Source: a virus (Duplodnaviria; Heunggongvirae; Uroviricota; Caudoviricetes). From it: a DNA stretch of 39,994 nt. Under the pieces are notes generated by a model. The model searched no databases. It saw nothing but the letters and a program-made list of their open reading frames with translations, and was not told where the DNA came from. The position numbers were made by a program, and so were the translations under genes. Each line of letters begins with the position of its first letter. Position 1 is the stretch's first letter. The DNA is taken from the IMG/VR virus record IMGVR_UViG_3300023371_000094. The stretch is one strand, 5' to 3'. Shown here piece by piece: positions 14,452-23,965 of the stretch.

Positions 14452-14614
14452 GCACACGAACACTGCTCCCCCTTCCCCCAAACCCCTATCCCCAAAGGAC
14501 GGGCACACGTGCACGCGCGTAAAAAAACGCACGTATGATATACGCACGTAAAGAGAAAACCCCGTAGGGGTTTTGTGCCCTACGGGGTTGAGTGTTATTA
14601 AGTCCCTACGGGAC

Positions 14615-15535
14615 TTAGGCGGCAAGTGCAGCCGCTTGTATGTGGCGGAGCGTTTCAAGTGTCTTAGGACACTTGGCGATTTCCTCAAGGTGCTTGAGGT
14701 CGAGGTTCTTGACTACGTCAAGAAACCACTTGCAAGTTTCGCAGTTCAGAGCCGAGGCTCTCTGCTTGCTTATAGCAAGCCGAGAGGCGATTTCGTTGTT
14801 GCTGACGTTGAGTACGAAGTACTCAAACGCTCTCCACCTCGTGCACATACTGTCCGTGAAAGCGAACTTGTGTGCCGCTTTGACTCCGTCAAAGATGGCG
14901 AGCAGGGCGGGAGATACTTCGTATCTCACCACGAGGTCGGGGCGACCGTCTTGCTTGAAGGACACCTCGTAAGAGGTGTTGCCCTCGATAAGTGCCCTCA
15001 CCAAGCCGATGTCCTCGTCGCACAAAACCTCTTCCTTCGGAAGAGTTTTGTACTCACGGGCTTCGTACTTGTCGTGGACGATTTCGGCATCCAATGCCTT
15101 AAAGGCATTGCGGATTGCGTTCTCACGGTCGTTTGCCTCTAAAGAGGCAAGGAGCGACAAGCAAACGGTGGAACGGAGGTCGTCAATGGACGCATCACCA
15201 GAGGTGATGTAGGGCGTCATAACCGGCTTCGTATCCGTGCCGAGTTTCACTCGGCGGATACGGCGAACTGCGTCCTGCATATGTGTGGGCAGGTAATCAC
15301 GATTGACCACGAACACCTTTGCTACTTCGTAGCAAAGCCAGTCAAGTGCGTTCAGTCCCAAGCCGACCTCACCATCTTCGATGGTGTAGGCGGAGCCGTC
15401 AAGTCCGTTGCCGACACCGACATACTTGACTTTGTCAAGTACCTCGTCAAAGTGGCTACGCTTACCACCTTCGGTGGTAACGGGACGGGTGGTGGTTGCG
15501 GTGGTTGCGGTTGCGTTTTTGCGTGTGTTTTTCAT
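14615..15535 (-). CDS. Phage protein with C-terminal sigma-70 region 4-like HTH
   Basis: RWRAFEYFVLNVSNNEIASRLAISKQRASAL. Start at ATG 15535 (RBS GAGAAAGG), directly below promoter 15629-15657. Confidence 0.55.
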   Translation of the reverse strand: MKNTRKNATATTATTTRPVTTEGGKRSHFDEVLDKVKYVGVGNGLDGSAYTIEDGEVGLGLNALDWLCYEVAKVFVVNRDYLPTHMQDAVRRIRRVKLGTDTKPVMTPYITSGDASIDDLRSTVCLSLLASLEANDRENAIRNAFKALDAEIVHDKYEAREYKTLPKEEVLCDEDIGLVRALIEGNTSYEVSFKQDGRPDLVVRYEVSPALLAIFDGVKAAHKFAFTDSMCTRWRAFEYFVLNVSNNEIASRLAISKQRASALNCETCKWFLDVVKNLDLKHLEEIAKCPKTLETLRHIQAAALAA

Positions 15536-15628
15536 GGCGTGTGTGCCTTTCTCCCCTGTGTGATTTTGATTTTTCGCCTTGCCGTTGTCGGCTCGGTCGG
15601 TCGGCGGTCGGGGTTGCCGCCTGTATCT

Positions 15629-15657
15629 ATGATACCACGGTCGGCACGATTCGTCAA
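15629..15657 (-). promoter_or_regulatory. sigmaA promoter with extended -10
   Basis: TTGACG-17 bp ending TGG-TATCAT, embedded in the third copy of the GC-rich repeat. Confidence 0.65.
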
Positions 15658-16561
15658 CCCCTTTAGGGGTTGCGGATTTGGGCGCTTCGACTCCCCTTAC
15701 GGGGAGAGCCGATTTGTGAATTTTTTGTGAATTTCGACTTTCGGCTCGACTTCCCCTTCGGGGAAAAAATTTCGGTTTCGGCTCGGCTTGCCTCGTGTGA
15801 TGCGGAGGCGTGAGGCGGGCGCTGCCTGCGCTACCCACGGGAGGGCAACCTCGTTCCCTACGGGAACGGCACTTTGAAGGAGGGGACTATAGGGGAGAAT
15901 ATCCCCTATTACCCCCTTCTTGACGACGGCAACCCCCTTTATGGGGTTGGGGCTTTCGGTCGGTCGGCAGAGGTCGGCAAGGCGGTGAGGGAGGGGAGGA
16001 CAAAGGAGGGAAGAGAGTCCCTTACGGGACGAGAGAAGGTCGGCTCTCGGCTCTCGGACGGACGGCACGAGAGGACGGCTATTCACTGAGGTGAATAGAG
16101 GGGAGAGGACGAGGAGAGAGGGGAAATCGCCCTTTTCCCTCGTAGAGGGAACTCGCCAACTCGAACCCACTCGCTCCACCCCCTCAAGAAAGGCGGTTTT
16201 TCTCCCATAGGGAGAACCTGCCCTTTTCTTGCCGACCGAATGTTATCTTTTTGGCGTTGATAACATCGCCGACCATAGGGGGTGATTTTACACGCCAAAC
16301 CCTTCCTTTTTTCGCGTGCGCGAGGGTGTCCACCTCTCCTCACCCACACGCCATTTTCCCTTCGAACACCTCGGCACCCTCATTCGGGAAGTTTGCCCAT
16401 AATCGGAGAAGATCGCTTGATCCGTAAAACACAGAAGAGAAGGGTTGATTGTTCCCAAGCCTCGCGATCTCTCCTATGGTAGGATGTCTTTTCGACTATA
16501 CTATAAAAGATAGAAATCAACCCTTCTATATATAGCTATATATAATAATATATATAATATA

Positions 16562-16646
16562 TAAGCTTACTATATAAGAGAGCTTATTAGCTTACTATAT
16601 AAGAGAGCTTATTAGCTTACTGATTAAGGAAGCTTATATAGCTTAC
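16562..16646. repeat. AT-rich tandem AGCTTA iterons (candidate origin)
   Basis: AGCTTACTATATAAGAGAGCTTATT twice plus degenerate copies, next to A-tracts. Confidence 0.7.
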
Positions 16647-16750
16647 TTATAACAGAAAGCTGATATTTAAGAAAGAAAAATAATAAAAAGAAAGAACCCC
16701 TGATCTTGCACCGGCAACAAAAATTTTTTTAATTATTTTTCAAAAACCCC

Positions 16751-16779
16751 TTGACAAGTGTCTAAATATGGTGTATAAT
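16751..16779 (+). promoter_or_regulatory. Consensus sigmaA promoter for the rightward arm
   Basis: TTGACA-agtgtctaaatatggtg (17)-TATAAT. Upstream AAAACCCC also found at the 10953 promoter. Confidence 0.85.
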
Positions 16780-17053
16780 ATATACAGTAGGATTCCAGAG
16801 GATAAAGATTGTAAGAGATATTCGCTGACCAATACGCCCACACATACGGGCTGCTAACTGATTCAATTACGTCTTTATCACTCTTGGCAAGAGTCTCGAA
16901 CGAAGTGAGAGCTGATTACAGACAAGTGCATAATTGCATTTTAAGGTATACCTTCCTTTTTAGGGAGTGAAAAATCTTCCCCTATATAGGGACTAATTTG
17001 AACCAGTTTGCAACCCCCCGGGTTGCATTTTTGTTTTTTACGGAGGATTTTTA

Positions 17054-18379
17054 ATGGTTGTAAAAGTCTGTGATGCGCTCTGTGGAGCCGGTAAAACACA
17101 GTCTTGCATCAATATGATGAACAATGACTCAGAGAGAAAATACATCTTCATAACGCCTTATCTTGATGAGGTAGAGAGGATTAAGACCTCTTGCGCCGCG
17201 CGGAAGTTCGTTTCCCCGGAACGGAGGTTCACCAACGGATACTCTAAGCTCAAAGATGTTCCTTCTCTTTTACGCGCTGGTGAGAACATCGCCAGTACAC
17301 ACGCTTTATTCTCTTGTTATAATGAAGAGATTAAAACGCTCATCCGAGAGCAACACTACACGCTTGTGCTCGATGAGGTAATCGATTTATTCCAGCCCGT
17401 CAATCTCGACGGCGGAGATGTGAATTTTCTTGTACGGAACAACATCGCTAAGAAGCAGGATGACAATGTCATCTGGGATGACGATGAGTACACGGGAGTT
17501 CTGTTCAGCGAGATTATGCAGATATCCAAGTCGCGCAACCTCGTTGACTACGACGGCTCCTTCTACTTCTGGTCGTTGCCGATAGATGTATTCAACTGTT
17601 TCGATGATGTTTACGTGCTTACCTATTTATTTGAATATCAGATGCTGAAATACTTCTTTGATGTAAACAATGTAGAGTATCAGCTCATAGGCACTAAGCG
17701 CCAGAACGGTATCTTTCAGTTCTGCCCGCTTGAAGAGATGGATCGCCGCGTAGACCTACGGGATAAGATCCATATAAATTATAATGATAGACATAACGAA
17801 ATCGGCAACAAGAGCTTTTCGTTATCAGCAGGGTGGTTCGACAGGGTGTACCGCGAGGTAGGTCAACCGAATATCACCATTTTAAAAAATAACTTATACA
17901 ACATATTTAGACACACGAAGAGTGGAAACGACGATAAGATGTGGACGACTTTGAACAGATATCGCAGTGCTCTTAAAGGAAAGGGATACTCCAACGGATT
18001 TATTACCTTTAATAAAAGAGCCAGCAACAACTTCGCGGATCGCCATTACTTGGCGTATTGCTTAAACGTATTTATGCAACCGTGGATGAAGAACTATCTG
18101 ACGAAGCTCGGCGTCGAGGATGTGAATCAAGATATGTACGCGCTTTCGGTTCTCGTGCAGTGGATATTCCGTTCCGCAGTACGTAAGGGCGAGGAAGTCT
18201 GGATTTACATTCCCAGCAAACGAATGAGATATTTATTGCAGGAATGGATAGATAATCTCGCCGAAGGCAGAGATCTGGAGCCTTTGCGTTTCAACGCAAG
18301 AAAAGTACCGACGCACCGCGAGTGCGCTTATGCTCTCCATCGGTCAAAGAGAAAGAACGAAGGAGGTAAAAAGTCTTGA
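17054..18379 (+). CDS. SF2 helicase-like (DEAD/DEAH-like) protein
   Basis: DALCGAGKT (Walker A), FITPY, STHALF, LVLDEVID (Walker B), LVQWIFRSAVR. Confidence 0.75.
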   Translation: MVVKVCDALCGAGKTQSCINMMNNDSERKYIFITPYLDEVERIKTSCAARKFVSPERRFTNGYSKLKDVPSLLRAGENIASTHALFSCYNEEIKTLIREQHYTLVLDEVIDLFQPVNLDGGDVNFLVRNNIAKKQDDNVIWDDDEYTGVLFSEIMQISKSRNLVDYDGSFYFWSLPIDVFNCFDDVYVLTYLFEYQMLKYFFDVNNVEYQLIGTKRQNGIFQFCPLEEMDRRVDLRDKIHINYNDRHNEIGNKSFSLSAGWFDRVYREVGQPNITILKNNLYNIFRHTKSGNDDKMWTTLNRYRSALKGKGYSNGFITFNKRASNNFADRHYLAYCLNVFMQPWMKNYLTKLGVEDVNQDMYALSVLVQWIFRSAVRKGEEVWIYIPSKRMRYLLQEWIDNLAEGRDLEPLRFNARKVPTHRECAYALHRSKRKNEGGKKS

Positions 18380-18561
18380 AGAATTGCAAGAACTGCTTTT
18401 GGTACGACAAGTGCGAAGATAGATGCGATAACGACATCGAGGTGGACTGCGATTATTACGAGCCACTCGATGACGAAGAGATCGCTATTGAAGAATATGA
18501 AAAAGATTTAAAAGAACGTGCTCAAGTGTATCAGGAATTGATCGACGAGCAAAACGGTTAA
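18376..18561 (+). CDS. Small Cys-rich acidic hypothetical protein
   Basis: CKNC...C...C...C; start overlaps the helicase stop. Confidence 0.55.
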   Translation: MKNCKNCFWYDKCEDRCDNDIEVDCDYYEPLDDEEIAIEEYEKDLKERAQVYQELIDEQNG

Positions 18562-18631
18562 TCAGGAGGATAAGGCTATAAACAAGTCATTTAAGATATT
18601 ATCACTGGAGGCGAAGGATCTATACGCCGCC

Positions 18632-21370
18632 ATGAACCTAATCAACAACAACGGTGTTGGTTACGATATAAGAGACAGAGAAGGTAAAATCTCACTTAAG
18701 AAATTTGAGAATGCGTTGGACTGGAGCTTGGACACTATCAAGCTCCAAGAAGCGTATGAGCGCGAGACTCGTAAGAGAAACTTCTATTTCGTGTCCGGCG
18801 GGAAGAAGTACACTCAGATGGTTATCAACGTGAAATTCTCGTATTCATATAAAGAATTTAATAAGGTAGGAAAAAATACATACATTCGCTCTGGATATGC
18901 TTTCAGAGACTGCGTAATGCAGGACGGCGTGTGCATCCAAGACGGTAAGCTCGTAGCAATTCAAACCAACGTGGAAATCAGGGAGCCAATCTCACAAGAG
19001 ATGCTCGGCGGATGTTTTACATTCGCGGATGGTTACTATAAGCAGGTCGGTTCAATCCCCGTCGAGATGAACAAGAGTGACCTAAGACAGTATCTGTACG
19101 AGCACGGATTTGTCTGCGACGGTATTCACTACGTTAGATATAAGAGAAGTAGCGGAAGCAGCCGCGTAGGAAAATGCTTGTTTGTAAATGCGGTTGTTGC
19201 GGAAAGAATGGCAAAGTGGGACAGATGTGGTTTAACCATTAAAGAGAACGATCCCATTGACTTGGCGGCGTGGGAAGCTTATATCTCGCTTCCTATGAGT
19301 AGCATCATTGATACAATACAAATTCAGCCCGAGAATATTCTCATTGTTGATGACTATGATAGCAAGTTCACAGACGAGGTTGTGGCGGTCGAGGCGCAGG
19401 ACGGTAAGCTCGTATCCAAGAGAAAGGAAATGAAGATTTCCAATAGTATCTGGGACGGTGAGTCCTTGATGGACACGAGTATGTTTACGGATTACCCCGA
19501 CAAGGGAATGTTGCTTTTGCGTAACCGTTTCTTTAAGACTTGCGCATTCAATACCAATATTCAGAAATGGTTCACTGATAACGGCATTGAGAGAATTGAC
19601 CAGCTCAATGGTTTCACACTGGCTACCGACATCTCGCAAATCAAGCTGATTACCACGCCAAGCAGTGTTAAGTATCTGAAGTTCGGAAAGATCGAGCAGT
19701 GGCTAAAGAACATCGATAGTACATTCGGTATCGTCAAGTACGAGAAGGAAACACACTTCTTCGACGGCAGAATGGTTCAGTGCCACTATCAATTGCTGAA
19801 CACACTTCAATTGTCCTATGGTGAGGTTGAGGCACTATTGAAACCTTCCTTAGATTATATAGGGGCGGTTCGTAGAGATCCCGACGTGCTCAGATACCAT
19901 ATCGGATATCCCTTCAGAGCAGAGGAAATGGAAGGGGAACTAAACCCCCTCAAGTCCAAAAACGACATCGTATTCAAGATGCTTGGCATCAATAATCAGT
20001 TTGCGTTGACTCAGCTCTACAAAGAGTTCCGCAACGATATTGTTAAGGGCTTCATCAGAAACCTAAAACAAGGTCACGTTTTGTTGCACGGCAACTACTC
20101 AACGCTTCTTGGAAACGGTATGGAGCTTCTGCAGCAGGCAATCGGAACGTTTAAAGGCGAAGGAGTCATTGCTCCCGGGTGCATTCACAGTACAAAGTTT
20201 GAGTACGGCAAAACAATCCTTGCATCCAGAAGTCCTCATATCACGATGGGCAATGTTCTTCTTTCACAGAATGTAGCCAACGAGGATATTGACAAGTACT
20301 TCAATCTTTCTAACGAGATTGTTTACGTGAATGCAATCAACGAGAACATTCAGCAAAGACTAAACGGTTGTGACTACGACTCCGACAGTATTCTCCTCAC
20401 AGACAATGAGGTTCTTATTGCAGCGGCGCGTAAGAATTATTCCGCGTTCAAAGTCCCAACGTGCTTCGTTGACTCTCAAAAAACTGCCCGCCGTTACAAT
20501 CACGAGCACAAAGCTGACCTTGACGTGAAAACGAGCGTCAATAAGATCGGCGAAATCGTAAACCTCTCTCAGCAGTTGAACAGCCTTTACTGGGAGCGAC
20601 TAAACCGCGGTGAGAGTATGGAAGATTGTGAAGAACTCTACAACGATATTTGCAAGCTTGCAGTCTTGTCGGGCATTGAAATCGACAAAGCGAAGAAAGA
20701 ATACATAATCAACAGCTTCAATGAGATTTCTTGGTTGAAGTCCAAGTATAAAATAGAAGATGATAACCGTCAAGTGAAGCCTATGTTCTTCAAGATGATA
20801 ACGCTTGAGAATGGATATGAGCTTAGCGACGGTACGAGATATAGATATTTTGATACCCCTATGGATTATCTGCAGAAGATAATTTCCTCAACAAATTTCC
20901 GTCAAGCGCGGCAGTACAAAGCGACGATTGTTCCTTTTATGGATATCGTTCGCAAGCCCGAGATGGCAGTTCGCAGTGGTTATAACTGCATCCAACGTGA
21001 TAAGATCATCACAATCATCCGCAAAGCGAAGGATGATATAAGAAAAATGTACATCGATTATGACACTAAAAAGAAAGACGAGAAGGAATTGATCTGGAAT
21101 CAGGTTGCCGAGCGTAGGCAAGAGTGCATTGATGCAATCGACAAGATGTCTGAATGTGAATACACGATGTATTTAACCCTCAAGGAACTCGATAACAAGG
21201 ACACAAAAGACGTGTACCGTTTCATTTTTGAAGTGTTGTTCGGCAAGCCTAATGAGTCATTCTTCCGAATGATTGAGGCGAGCAAGGAGCCGTTATATAC
21301 TTTGGAAGAGGCAGAAGACGGCGATATTACCTTGTATGAGTTCAAATATAAGAAGGTTTTGCTACATTAA
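18632..21370 (+). CDS. YonO-like single-subunit DNA-dependent RNA polymerase (two-barrel, RdRP-related)
   Basis: 912 aa; IWDGESL, LLLRN, ASRSPH, catalytic loop RLNGCDYDSD (DxDxD), IEIDKAKK. Position matches SPbeta-like phages. Confidence 0.85.
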   Translation: MNLINNNGVGYDIRDREGKISLKKFENALDWSLDTIKLQEAYERETRKRNFYFVSGGKKYTQMVINVKFSYSYKEFNKVGKNTYIRSGYAFRDCVMQDGVCIQDGKLVAIQTNVEIREPISQEMLGGCFTFADGYYKQVGSIPVEMNKSDLRQYLYEHGFVCDGIHYVRYKRSSGSSRVGKCLFVNAVVAERMAKWDRCGLTIKENDPIDLAAWEAYISLPMSSIIDTIQIQPENILIVDDYDSKFTDEVVAVEAQDGKLVSKRKEMKISNSIWDGESLMDTSMFTDYPDKGMLLLRNRFFKTCAFNTNIQKWFTDNGIERIDQLNGFTLATDISQIKLITTPSSVKYLKFGKIEQWLKNIDSTFGIVKYEKETHFFDGRMVQCHYQLLNTLQLSYGEVEALLKPSLDYIGAVRRDPDVLRYHIGYPFRAEEMEGELNPLKSKNDIVFKMLGINNQFALTQLYKEFRNDIVKGFIRNLKQGHVLLHGNYSTLLGNGMELLQQAIGTFKGEGVIAPGCIHSTKFEYGKTILASRSPHITMGNVLLSQNVANEDIDKYFNLSNEIVYVNAINENIQQRLNGCDYDSDSILLTDNEVLIAAARKNYSAFKVPTCFVDSQKTARRYNHEHKADLDVKTSVNKIGEIVNLSQQLNSLYWERLNRGESMEDCEELYNDICKLAVLSGIEIDKAKKEYIINSFNEISWLKSKYKIEDDNRQVKPMFFKMITLENGYELSDGTRYRYFDTPMDYLQKIISSTNFRQARQYKATIVPFMDIVRKPEMAVRSGYNCIQRDKIITIIRKAKDDIRKMYIDYDTKKKDEKELIWNQVAERRQECIDAIDKMSECEYTMYLTLKELDNKDTKDVYRFIFEVLFGKPNESFFRMIEASKEPLYTLEEAEDGDITLYEFKYKKVLLH

Positions 21371-21463
21371 ATATATATTTATATCAAATTTTTTACAACT
21401 TTTTGCCCTAAAATTAACACGGATTTATATCAAAGAGTTTGTGGAAATTTAAAATTTTGCCCT

Positions 21464-21493
21464 ATTATACGCCATATTTAGACACTTTTGCAA
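21464..21493 (-). promoter_or_regulatory. Promoter-like site with CTAAATATGG box, antisense to the RNAP gene
   Basis: TTGCAA-aagtgtctaaatatggcg (18)-TATAAT on the - strand. Confidence 0.5.
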
Positions 21494-21565
21494 CCAAAAA
21501 TTGCAAGAATCTAATAGGCGTATAGGGAGAAATAGAAAACGGCGATCTCTGTGTCGCCGCTATAT

Positions 21566-21641
21566 TGCGGGGTAGAGCAGATGGTAGCTCGCTGTCCTCA
21601 TAAGTCAGAGGTCGCTGGTTCGAGTCCAGTCTCCGCAACCA
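21566..21641 (+). tRNA. tRNA-Met(CAT)
   Basis: TGCGGGG/CTCCGCA-A-CCA, GAGC-AGATGGTA-GCTC, loop CTCATAA, T arm GCTGG-TTCGAGT-CCAGT. Confidence 0.88.
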
Positions 21642-21647
21642 ATACAT

Positions 21648-21724
21648 TCCCCTTTAGCTCAGTTAGGCAGAGCACGCGGCTGTTAACCGCGATGTCGTAG
21701 GTTCGATCCCTACAGGGGGAGCCA
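21648..21724 (+). tRNA. tRNA-Asn(GTT), intact
   Basis: TCCCCTT/AGGGGGA-G-CCA, CGCGG-CTGTTAA-CCGCG, GTAGG-TTCGATC-CCTAC. Confidence 0.93.
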
Positions 21725-21821
21725 TTCAGGTAGATAGGTGAGAGTAATTAACTCATTGACAAGAAGAGCCTCCTTCTTCTACCTTAATTTAATATAAGAG
21801 GCACCCATAATCGGAGGCAAA

Positions 21822-22562
21822 ATGATAGGAATTTATAAAATTACAAACAGGCTTAACGGTAAATCTTACGTTGGGCAGTCTATTCATATCGAGAGACGGT
21901 GGAGCGAGCATATGCGTCCAAGTACAGACAGCTTAATAAGCAGAGCAATTAAAAAGTGCGGGAAAGAAAATTTTGATTTTCAAGTGCTGTGCGAATGCTT
22001 AGAAGAAGATCTCAATTCTCTCGAAGAGTATTACATTAAAAAATATAACACCGTAGTTCCCGATGGTTATAATGTTCTAAAAAGCGACGGCAGCACTCGA
22101 ACACATTTCACGCTATATATGCCAGAAGAGCTTGAAACAATTATTTCGGAGATAATCAATACGGATACGCCGTTTTCGATAATTGCTCGAAAACACAATT
22201 TAAGTCGCAGGACTATAATCAGGATAAATAAAGGGGACGTACATAACCACCCAGAACTTCAGTATCCTTTAAGGGATACAAAGTTTAATACAAAAGGTGA
22301 AACTCCCATCTGTGCAATTTGCGGAGCAGTTAAGACACGTGGTGCGGAGTTGTGTTCCGCGTGTGCTCGGGTAAATAGCAGAAAAGTAATTGAAAGACCT
22401 TCGGCTACAAAACTGATGGAACTTTTAATGCAAAAATCTTTCGAAGATGTTGGATTACAGTATGGAGTAAACCCAGAAACAATTCGTAAATGGTGTAGAG
22501 AATGCGGTATACCAACAAGTAGACAAAAAATAAAAGCTCTTTATATTAGCAGGGGCGCATAG
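21822..22562 (+). CDS. GIY-YIG homing endonuclease with C-terminal Zn-ribbon/HTH
   Basis: MIGIYKITN...YVGQS...RW..H, E..YI...YN. Inserted between tRNA genes. Confidence 0.9.
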   Translation: MIGIYKITNRLNGKSYVGQSIHIERRWSEHMRPSTDSLISRAIKKCGKENFDFQVLCECLEEDLNSLEEYYIKKYNTVVPDGYNVLKSDGSTRTHFTLYMPEELETIISEIINTDTPFSIIARKHNLSRRTIIRINKGDVHNHPELQYPLRDTKFNTKGETPICAICGAVKTRGAELCSACARVNSRKVIERPSATKLMELLMQKSFEDVGLQYGVNPETIRKWCRECGIPTSRQKIKALYISRGA

Positions 22563-22575
22563 TCCTTGCTTATTT

Positions 22576-22650
22576 GCTACCGTGGTCAAGTGGCTAAGAC
22601 ATTGCCCTTTCACGGCAATATCGCGGGTTCGATCCCCGCCGGTAGTACCA
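22576..22650 (+). tRNA. tRNA-Glu(TTC)
   Basis: GCTACCG/CGGTAGT-A-CCA, TTGCC-CTTTCAC-GGCAA, GCGGG-TTCGATC-CCCGC. Confidence 0.92.
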
Positions 22651-22697
22651 CACAGCCATTAGGCAGGAGAGCAGACACATAAGAAACAAGGAGGCAT

Positions 22698-23918
22698 TTG
22701 GATTTGGTAGAAATAGACCAAGAACTTGAAAAATACGGTTTGAGTAGAGAACAATACGAACTTTGCTTAGACGACATCCAAGGCAAGATGAACGGTCAGA
22801 ACGATATGGACTGGGCAGAGATCGTTGATAAATATAATCTTGGCGTACATAGCGACACCTTAAGAAAGGCGTCACAAACTATTTTCGGCGGAGCATTCAT
22901 TGCCGAATATTTCAGAGAGAAACAGTCGAAGGGCGAAGTTACAAACGGTTACTTGGCTCTATTAAGAAAAGAAAAGGAAGAAATTCGCAAAGAGAGGCAG
23001 AAGCTTAGCGATGAAAGAGTTGATTACCAGAAGTCTATCAGAGAAGAAGCTCGTAAAGAATCCTTTATCGAAGTTATAGAGCGTGCATTTGCCCGCGATA
23101 TTCAACCCTTTGATTATGTTCCTTCTCCTATCACAGTTGGTAGTGACGATATGATTGTGTGCCTATCCGACTTACACGTCGGCATCGAGGTAGATAATCA
23201 TTGGAATAAATACAATACCGACATACTTAAGGCTCGTTTGAGCAAATATCTGGATGAAATCCGCAATATCCAGTCAACCCACCACTGCAACAGATGTGAA
23301 GTGGTGCTTGGCGGTGACAACATCAGCGGCAACATTCATCCCAATTTAAGACTTCAAAACAACGAGAACGTTGTAGAGCAGATCAAGATTGCTGCAACGT
23401 ACATCGGCGACTTCATTATGGAGTTGCACAAACATTTCAGCGAAGTGAGAGTACACAGCGTTTCTGGAAACCATTCGCGTATGAGTCCCAACAAGGAAGA
23501 ACATCTCAACGGAGAGGAACTGGATGCGTTAATTCCTTTCTTCCTTTCTATTAAATTTGAGAACTATTCCGATGTGAAGATTTGCAATGATGGATATATC
23601 GACAATTCCATCAATTCGTTCGTTACGAGAAATGACAAGCTGTTCTATATCGTACACGGCGACAAAGACAAGCCCTCTAATGTCACGCACAAGCTGACGA
23701 TGATGACGGGCAAGAAGCCTGATGCTATTATAATGCACCACCGCCACCACAACGCTTATGACACTCAATACGGAGTGAAGATTGTTCAGGTTGGCTGTGT
23801 AGTTGGTTCCGATGACCACTGTGTAGACCTCAGAATATCCGGAGATCCCGAGCAGTGCGTTATTATTACGAGCGAAACGCAGGCTGTAAAGTGCATTTAT
23901 GATGTAAGCTTGAGATAA
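22698..23918 (+). CDS. Calcineurin-like metallophosphoesterase with N-terminal coiled coil
   Basis: SDLHVG, LGGDNISG, SGNHSR, VHGD, HHRHH. Confidence 0.85.
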   Translation: MDLVEIDQELEKYGLSREQYELCLDDIQGKMNGQNDMDWAEIVDKYNLGVHSDTLRKASQTIFGGAFIAEYFREKQSKGEVTNGYLALLRKEKEEIRKERQKLSDERVDYQKSIREEARKESFIEVIERAFARDIQPFDYVPSPITVGSDDMIVCLSDLHVGIEVDNHWNKYNTDILKARLSKYLDEIRNIQSTHHCNRCEVVLGGDNISGNIHPNLRLQNNENVVEQIKIAATYIGDFIMELHKHFSEVRVHSVSGNHSRMSPNKEEHLNGEELDALIPFFLSIKFENYSDVKICNDGYIDNSINSFVTRNDKLFYIVHGDKDKPSNVTHKLTMMTGKKPDAIIMHHRHHNAYDTQYGVKIVQVGCVVGSDDHCVDLRISGDPEQCVIITSETQAVKCIYDVSLR

Positions 23919-23965
23919 ATAATGAGATAAGTTTTATATAGGAAGAAAAGGAGAACAGATTTTTA

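Noticed and set aside
15536-16482. N-terminal extension of the 407-aa ORF and overlapping ORFs at 15697-16482
   Set aside because: Low-complexity translations of a GC-rich repeat region. A promoter and RBS support the internal start at 15535.
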